Positions 27,364 through 32,000 of a stretch of 32,000 bases of DNA are shown here, one piece after another; positions within the stretch are counted from its first letter, which is position 1; the number at the start of each line of letters is the position of its first letter. This stretch comes from an uncultured archaeon (GTDB taxonomy: Archaea > Asgardarchaeota > Thorarchaeia > Thorarchaeales > Thorarchaeaceae). A model generated the notes under the pieces. It did not search any database. It was not told the origin of the DNA and saw nothing but the letters and a program-made list of their open reading frames with translations. A program made the position numbers and the translations under genes. The stretch spans positions 60,001 to 92,000 of the forward strand of contig CAZYLT010000011.1 in the NCBI GenBank assembly GCA_964648855.1, in the 5' to 3' direction.

Positions 27364-28664
27364 CGCCTTCTGAGATAACCAAAATTTGGGACTCGAAGAA
27401 GAGCTCAGAACTGAATGTCAAGAGAGGATGGCCATTCACAGAGGAAGTTTCCTATCCCGTTGAGCAGAAAGTACGTGGAATTCTCAACAGAGTGAGAGAG
27501 ATGGGCGACAAAGCTCTGATGCAATACACGAGGTGGTTCGATGGGATTGACTTACAGCCATCAGAGATGAGATTGACTGCTGAGAAAATTTCGCTGGCCT
27601 ACGAGCAAGTAGGAAGAGCAGAGATAGATGCCATGAGGGTGACCTCTGAAAGACTACGAGAGGTTGTTGAAAGAACTCGAGATGCCTTATCATTCTCCAT
27701 TGACCTCTCGGGCACCACAATCACCCAAAGGCTCGAGCCCCTCACTGATGTGGGCTGTTATGTTCCGGGTGGTGAAGCAGCATATCCAAGCTCCCTCCTG
27801 ATGTGCGCCATACCTGCTCAGGTTGCGGGTGTGAAGAGGATAGCTGTCTGTACTCCCCCCAGAGAGGACGGGGTTAGTCCGATGACTCTCATCGCTGCAG
27901 ATATGTGCAATGTGGAAGAAATCTATCAGATTGGAGGCGCTCAGGCCATTGCAGCGATGGCTTTTGGCACAGAGAGTATTCCACCAGTTCAGAAGATTGT
28001 GGGTCCGGGCAATAAATACGTGGCACTTGCAAAAAGAATGGTCAGTGATAACACGCTCATTGACATGCCAGCCGGACCCAGTGAGTTGCTGGTCATCGCA
28101 GATGAGAGTGCCAATGCCGGGTCTGTCGCCTTGGACATGATCTCACAAGCAGAACACGGAGATGACGCGGTCTCAATCCTGGTCACAATATCGGAAGGTT
28201 TCGCCAGCGAAGTTTTGGCTGAGCTTGAGATCTTAGTTGGTACTTCTCCCCGGCAGAAACACGTCAGAAATTCGTTAGGAGAGAATGGAGGTATCTTCTG
28301 TGTGGACACTCTGGATGACTGCATCACGTTTGCAAATGACTTTGCGGCAGAGCATGTCCAAATCATGACTAAGAACCCTAGAGAAGTTGCTGAACGCATT
28401 AGAAATGCAGGGCTTGTTCTGCTTGGAGAATATACCCCAGTTGCTGCCAGTGACTATGGACTGGGAGTCAATCATGTCTTACCAACTAAGGGTTATGCTA
28501 AGTTGTACTCGGGTCTATCAGTACTTGATTTCGTGCGTCTTGTTCGCATTGTCGAGTTGAGTAAGGAGGGGCTGGAAGATATTTCTGATGCACTGTGCAC
28601 TCTTGCCAAGGCTGAGGGTCTTTCCAACCATGCCCGTGCGATTCAAGGGAGGTTTGGATTATGA
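27360..28664 (+). CDS. hisD: Histidinol dehydrogenase
   Basis: YVPGG, GGAQAIAA, GPGN, DMPAGPSE, SQAEH, AAEH, DY..GVNHVLPT. Confidence 0.97.
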   Translation: MTPSEITKIWDSKKSSELNVKRGWPFTEEVSYPVEQKVRGILNRVREMGDKALMQYTRWFDGIDLQPSEMRLTAEKISLAYEQVGRAEIDAMRVTSERLREVVERTRDALSFSIDLSGTTITQRLEPLTDVGCYVPGGEAAYPSSLLMCAIPAQVAGVKRIAVCTPPREDGVSPMTLIAADMCNVEEIYQIGGAQAIAAMAFGTESIPPVQKIVGPGNKYVALAKRMVSDNTLIDMPAGPSELLVIADESANAGSVALDMISQAEHGDDAVSILVTISEGFASEVLAELEILVGTSPRQKHVRNSLGENGGIFCVDTLDDCITFANDFAAEHVQIMTKNPREVAERIRNAGLVLLGEYTPVAASDYGLGVNHVLPTKGYAKLYSGLSVLDFVRLVRIVELSKEGLEDISDALCTLAKAEGLSNHARAIQGRFGL

Positions 28665-29758
28665 CCGACAACCGGTCGCCCTACATGTCACGTAAGATGT
28701 CGCAGCTTCGAGCATTTCCAACATACTCTTCTGAAACAACGAAGATCTGGAAGGGGCAGGAACTCCTCTGTTTGGATAGTAATGAAAACCTGCAGTTACC
28801 TCTATCTCTGCTAAAGAGAGTGATGCAGGAAGCCATTGACCTCATTGACCCGCGGATATATTCCGCGAACTTGCAGGATGACTTGGCCAAGCAACTAGCT
28901 GAGTATTTGGGAGTTGATCCATCCAGCATCATCTTCGGTTCTGGAGGTGACGGGCTCATCCAGATGCTAGCGAGTTCCTTTATGACGGATGGCGAGTCGG
29001 CAGTGGTGGTTGAACCATCATTCAAAATGTATTCCAAGAATCTGAGGATGTTTGGACGCACCGTCAAGTCAGTGTACCTCGGTGACGAGTTCAAGATGGA
29101 TGTGGATAAAATCATCAAGTCTTTGAGAGGCGATAACGAGGTTGTGTTCATCTGCTCCCCCAATAATCCTACAGGAAATCAATTCCCCCTGGATGATGTG
29201 CTTGCCATAACAGAAGCAACTCAAGGACTTGTTGTTGTAGATGAAGCATACGCTGAATTCGCAGATTATACACTGGTTGAGTCGTTATGGAACTATGACA
29301 ACCTGGTGATACTGCGGACCTTTTCAAAGGCATTCGGGCTCGCGGGGTTACGCATTGGGTTTGCCGTCACCGATGATGCCTTTGCTGATATTCTGCGAAA
29401 ACACGTTCTTCCTCCGTTTCCTGTATCTACGTTCTCCATGTTGGTTGCGAGGCTGCTTCTGGAAAATATTGAGGAGGTTAGGAAGTCCATCAAAGACGTG
29501 CGGGTAGCACGGGTTAAATCCCAATCGTATCTTGGCTCTATTGACGGTATACGCTTGTTTCCCTCGGATGCCAATTTCCTATTAATCCGAGTCCCTATCT
29601 CATCTGTTGATGCACAAGATAGACTACTGGACTGTGGTATCAAGGTCAGAGTTGTTGACTGGATCGAAGATGGTGCCAATTACATCCGATTGACAGTTCC
29701 TCCGCTTTCTGAGGTGTCGCGTGTCAAAGACTGCTTCGAGGAGGCATTTGGTCAATGA
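28661..29758 (+). CDS. hisC: Histidinol-phosphate aminotransferase
   Basis: LDSNEN, SPNNPTG, DEAYAEF, RTFSKAFGLAGLRIG. Confidence 0.95.
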   Translation: MTDNRSPYMSRKMSQLRAFPTYSSETTKIWKGQELLCLDSNENLQLPLSLLKRVMQEAIDLIDPRIYSANLQDDLAKQLAEYLGVDPSSIIFGSGGDGLIQMLASSFMTDGESAVVVEPSFKMYSKNLRMFGRTVKSVYLGDEFKMDVDKIIKSLRGDNEVVFICSPNNPTGNQFPLDDVLAITEATQGLVVVDEAYAEFADYTLVESLWNYDNLVILRTFSKAFGLAGLRIGFAVTDDAFADILRKHVLPPFPVSTFSMLVARLLLENIEEVRKSIKDVRVARVKSQSYLGSIDGIRLFPSDANFLLIRVPISSVDAQDRLLDCGIKVRVVDWIEDGANYIRLTVPPLSEVSRVKDCFEEAFGQ

Positions 29759-30336
29759 GGACAGCAAAGCTTGAGCGGCGCACCAGTGAAACAACCGTTA
29801 GGATATCTGTGAATCTAGATGGACAGGGAAATGCAGACATCCAGTGTAGGCCTGAACTCGTGAAGCATATGCTCACGGCGTTTACGGTCCACAGTGGCAT
29901 TGATCTGCAGATTCAAGCGGAGGGAGACCTCCAGCACCACATTATTGAGGATATTGCCCTCTGCCTAGGGAGGGTTATCCGTGAATGCATAGACGATATC
30001 GATGAGATTGCACGATTTGGTCATGCTTTGATACCCATGGACTGTTCTCTGGCACTGGTGGCTATTGATGTCTGTAATCGCCCTAATGGGGTGATTGATG
30101 TGGGTGCTGTCGAGAACAGGGTAGAAGACGCTCAAGTGCAAGACATAGTGCACTTCCTTGGTACGCTTTCATCCTCCTTGGGAGCCACTCTGCATGTGAA
30201 GGTACTGTATGGCGAGAATGACCATCACAAATTGGAGGCGGTATTCAAAGCTCTGGGCAGGGCATTGCGAGATGCGCTTCGACTGAGAGGTACGAATGAA
30301 GTTCCATCCAGCTCGAAAGGGGGTCTCCAGCTGTGA
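29755..30336 (+). CDS. hisB: Imidazoleglycerol-phosphate dehydratase
   Basis: RRTSET, HML, HHIIED, PMD, NDHHKLEAVFKA, SSKG. Confidence 0.96.
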   Translation: MRTAKLERRTSETTVRISVNLDGQGNADIQCRPELVKHMLTAFTVHSGIDLQIQAEGDLQHHIIEDIALCLGRVIRECIDDIDEIARFGHALIPMDCSLALVAIDVCNRPNGVIDVGAVENRVEDAQVQDIVHFLGTLSSSLGATLHVKVLYGENDHHKLEAVFKALGRALRDALRLRGTNEVPSSSKGGLQL

Positions 30337-30935
30337 GGGTTGGAGTACTGGACTACGGTGCGGGCAATATCTTCAGCATATTGAGTGGACTGAAGCGAGC
30401 TGACATGCCTGCGGAGGTGTTCAGAGACCCCCATTCTCTCCCCTCATTTGATGGCATTGTAATTCCAGGTGTCGGCAGTTTTTCCCAAATTACCTCGGCA
30501 CTCGACAGATTCCGCGAGGGTATACTAGATTTTGCGAATTCAGGGAAGGTAGTCCTCGGAATCTGTTTAGGAATGCAAGTCTTACTCGATTCAAGCAAAG
30601 AGGGTAGTGGTGATGGTCTCGGACTGATAAGTGGGGTAGTTAAACGGCTTCCTCCCAAAGTAAAGATACCCCACATGGGGTGGAACAACGTAGAGATATG
30701 GCAGACAAATCCGCTGGTTGATGGGCTATCCGAGTCACCATATTTCTATTTTGTACACTCCTATTATACAGCTCCCGATGACTCATCCTGCATCGTGGGA
30801 ACCACCCAATACGGCCTGGAGTTTGCTTCAATTATAGGAGAGGACACACTCTTCGGTGTACAGTTTCATCCTGAGAAATCCGGAAAGGACGGGGCACAAG
30901 TTCTGAGGAACTTCAGGAGGTTATTGCAGAGATGA
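30333..30935 (+). CDS. hisH: Imidazole glycerol phosphate synthase, glutaminase subunit
   Basis: DYGAGN, PGVG, GICLGMQ, PHMGWN, YFVHSY, QFHPEKS. Confidence 0.97.
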   Translation: MRVGVLDYGAGNIFSILSGLKRADMPAEVFRDPHSLPSFDGIVIPGVGSFSQITSALDRFREGILDFANSGKVVLGICLGMQVLLDSSKEGSGDGLGLISGVVKRLPPKVKIPHMGWNNVEIWQTNPLVDGLSESPYFYFVHSYYTAPDDSSCIVGTTQYGLEFASIIGEDTLFGVQFHPEKSGKDGAQVLRNFRRLLQR

Positions 30936-31666
30936 ACCACGTGAGGATATATCCCGCAGTTGACCTGATGGACGGTTCTGTAGTAAGGCTCTACAGAGGT
31001 AAGCCGGACAACAGGGTCGACTACGAACATCTGGGGTCTCCTTCAGAGATTGCGGAGATGTGGGAAGACCAAGGGGCAGAGATGCTCCATATCATCGACC
31101 TCGACCAAGCTCTTGGAAGAGGGGATAATCTTGATGAGCTGAAAAAGATTATTCGCAGAATCGATATACCTGTTCAGTTCGGAGGTGGACTGCGAGACCT
31201 GCAATCAATCTCTAACGCCTTGAACAGTGGAGTGGAGCGCGTAATTATTGGTACACTTGCAGTCAATGAATCTGGGATTATTCAAAAGCTTGACGATATC
31301 TATGACTTAGAGAGAATTATTTTTGCCCTTGACTACAAGCAAAACGAAGTTGTATCGGAAGGATGGGTCGCCAAGACACGACTGAGCCCGCGAGACCTTC
31401 TCAGCAGATTTCGTCAAGAGGGGGCAAAGCGGTTCCTTCTAACATCAGTTACTCAAGACGGTACCCTGAGAGGTCCTGATCCGTATTTGACCGAAATTTG
31501 CGGAACCAATCTCTCCGATATCATCATCGCAGGCGGAGTTAGCTGCACTGAAGATATCAGGAACCTAGCACGAATAGGTGTTGAGGGCATCGTTATTGGA
31601 AAGGCACTCTATGAAAAGAGGATTCTACTCCCAGAAGCAATCCAAGAGGCTAGGTGGTGGATCTGA
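30932..31666 (+). CDS. hisA: ProFAR isomerase
   Basis: [35 protein letters not shown]. Confidence 0.95.
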   Translation: MNHVRIYPAVDLMDGSVVRLYRGKPDNRVDYEHLGSPSEIAEMWEDQGAEMLHIIDLDQALGRGDNLDELKKIIRRIDIPVQFGGGLRDLQSISNALNSGVERVIIGTLAVNESGIIQKLDDIYDLERIIFALDYKQNEVVSEGWVAKTRLSPRDLLSRFRQEGAKRFLLTSVTQDGTLRGPDPYLTEICGTNLSDIIIAGGVSCTEDIRNLARIGVEGIVIGKALYEKRILLPEAIQEARWWI

Positions 31667-32000
31667 TGGCACTCACAAAACGGATCATCCCTTGCCTAGA
31701 TGTCGAGAATGGACGGGTGGTGAAAGGAGTTAACTTCCTGAATTTGAGAGATGCAGGCGATCCTGTAGCACTCGCAATCGAGTACTGTGAGAGAGGGGCG
31801 GATGAGTTGGCATTTCTTGATATCACGGCATCTGTTGAAAATAGAAGACCGCTCCAGCAAATGGTTCGCAAAGTAGCTTCAGACCTCACCATACCATTTA
31901 CAGTGGGCGGCGGCATCCGGGCCGTTGAAGACGCGCATGCACTTCTCTCAAATGGAGCCGATAAGGTAGCTGTAAACACTGCCGCAGTTGAATCACCTGT
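31666..32000 (+). CDS. hisF: Imidazole glycerol phosphate synthase, cyclase subunit (partial)
   Basis: Manual translation: [34 protein letters not shown]...[13 protein letters not shown]...PFTVGGGI...[11 protein letters not shown]. Confidence 0.96.
   Translation, partial: MALTKRIIPCLDVENGRVVKGVNFLNLRDAGDPVALAIEYCERGADELAFLDITASVENRRPLQQMVRKVASDLTIPFTVGGGIRAVEDAHALLSNGADKVAVNTAAVESP

Noticed and set aside
1-32000. CRISPR arrays, tRNA/rRNA genes, transposases/integrases
   Set aside because: No regularly spaced repeats, cloverleaf T-loop/D-loop signatures or recombinase motifs were seen by eye.

Overview
Archaeal genomic window, very likely Asgard (Thorarchaeia-like). The assignment rests on two tandem Asgard-type profilin genes (1957-2794), archaeal GGTGA/GGAGG ribosome-binding sites, TATA boxes and frequent TTG/GTG starts. 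The first ~26 kb holds mixed genes: an OPT peptide transporter, a DUF167 protein, wHTH regulators, two Zn-finger-fused SAM methyltransferases, three MFS transporters, an APC permease, an M42 aminopeptidase, a membrane-anchored Holliday-junction-resolvase-like nuclease, redox proteins, a 973-aa secreted Ig-EEP-FN3-LTD protein, a PadR/ABC exporter operon and a DUF3307-like/SatD pair. The last ~5.6 kb is a compact hisGDCBHAF operon running off the end. The most notable unannotated signal is in the apparent intergenic gap at 3606-4137: two tandem, mutually homologous short ORFs (35 and 26 aa, both MAxAK...T-x-A-[LI]-x-Y-[AS]-Y-x(0,1)-[YF]-R-R-stop). They have their own TATA box, RBSs, an upstream perfect palindrome and a downstream hairpin, and are divergent from a wHTH regulator; this is a candidate undescribed peptide system. 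Other leads are a possible leader-peptide/alternative-structure element before hisG, a 46-aa single-TM microprotein, and a cyclase-like SatD module with paired operators. No CRISPR array, rRNA, tRNA or transposase was seen. All family calls come from motif recognition by eye, not from database searches.
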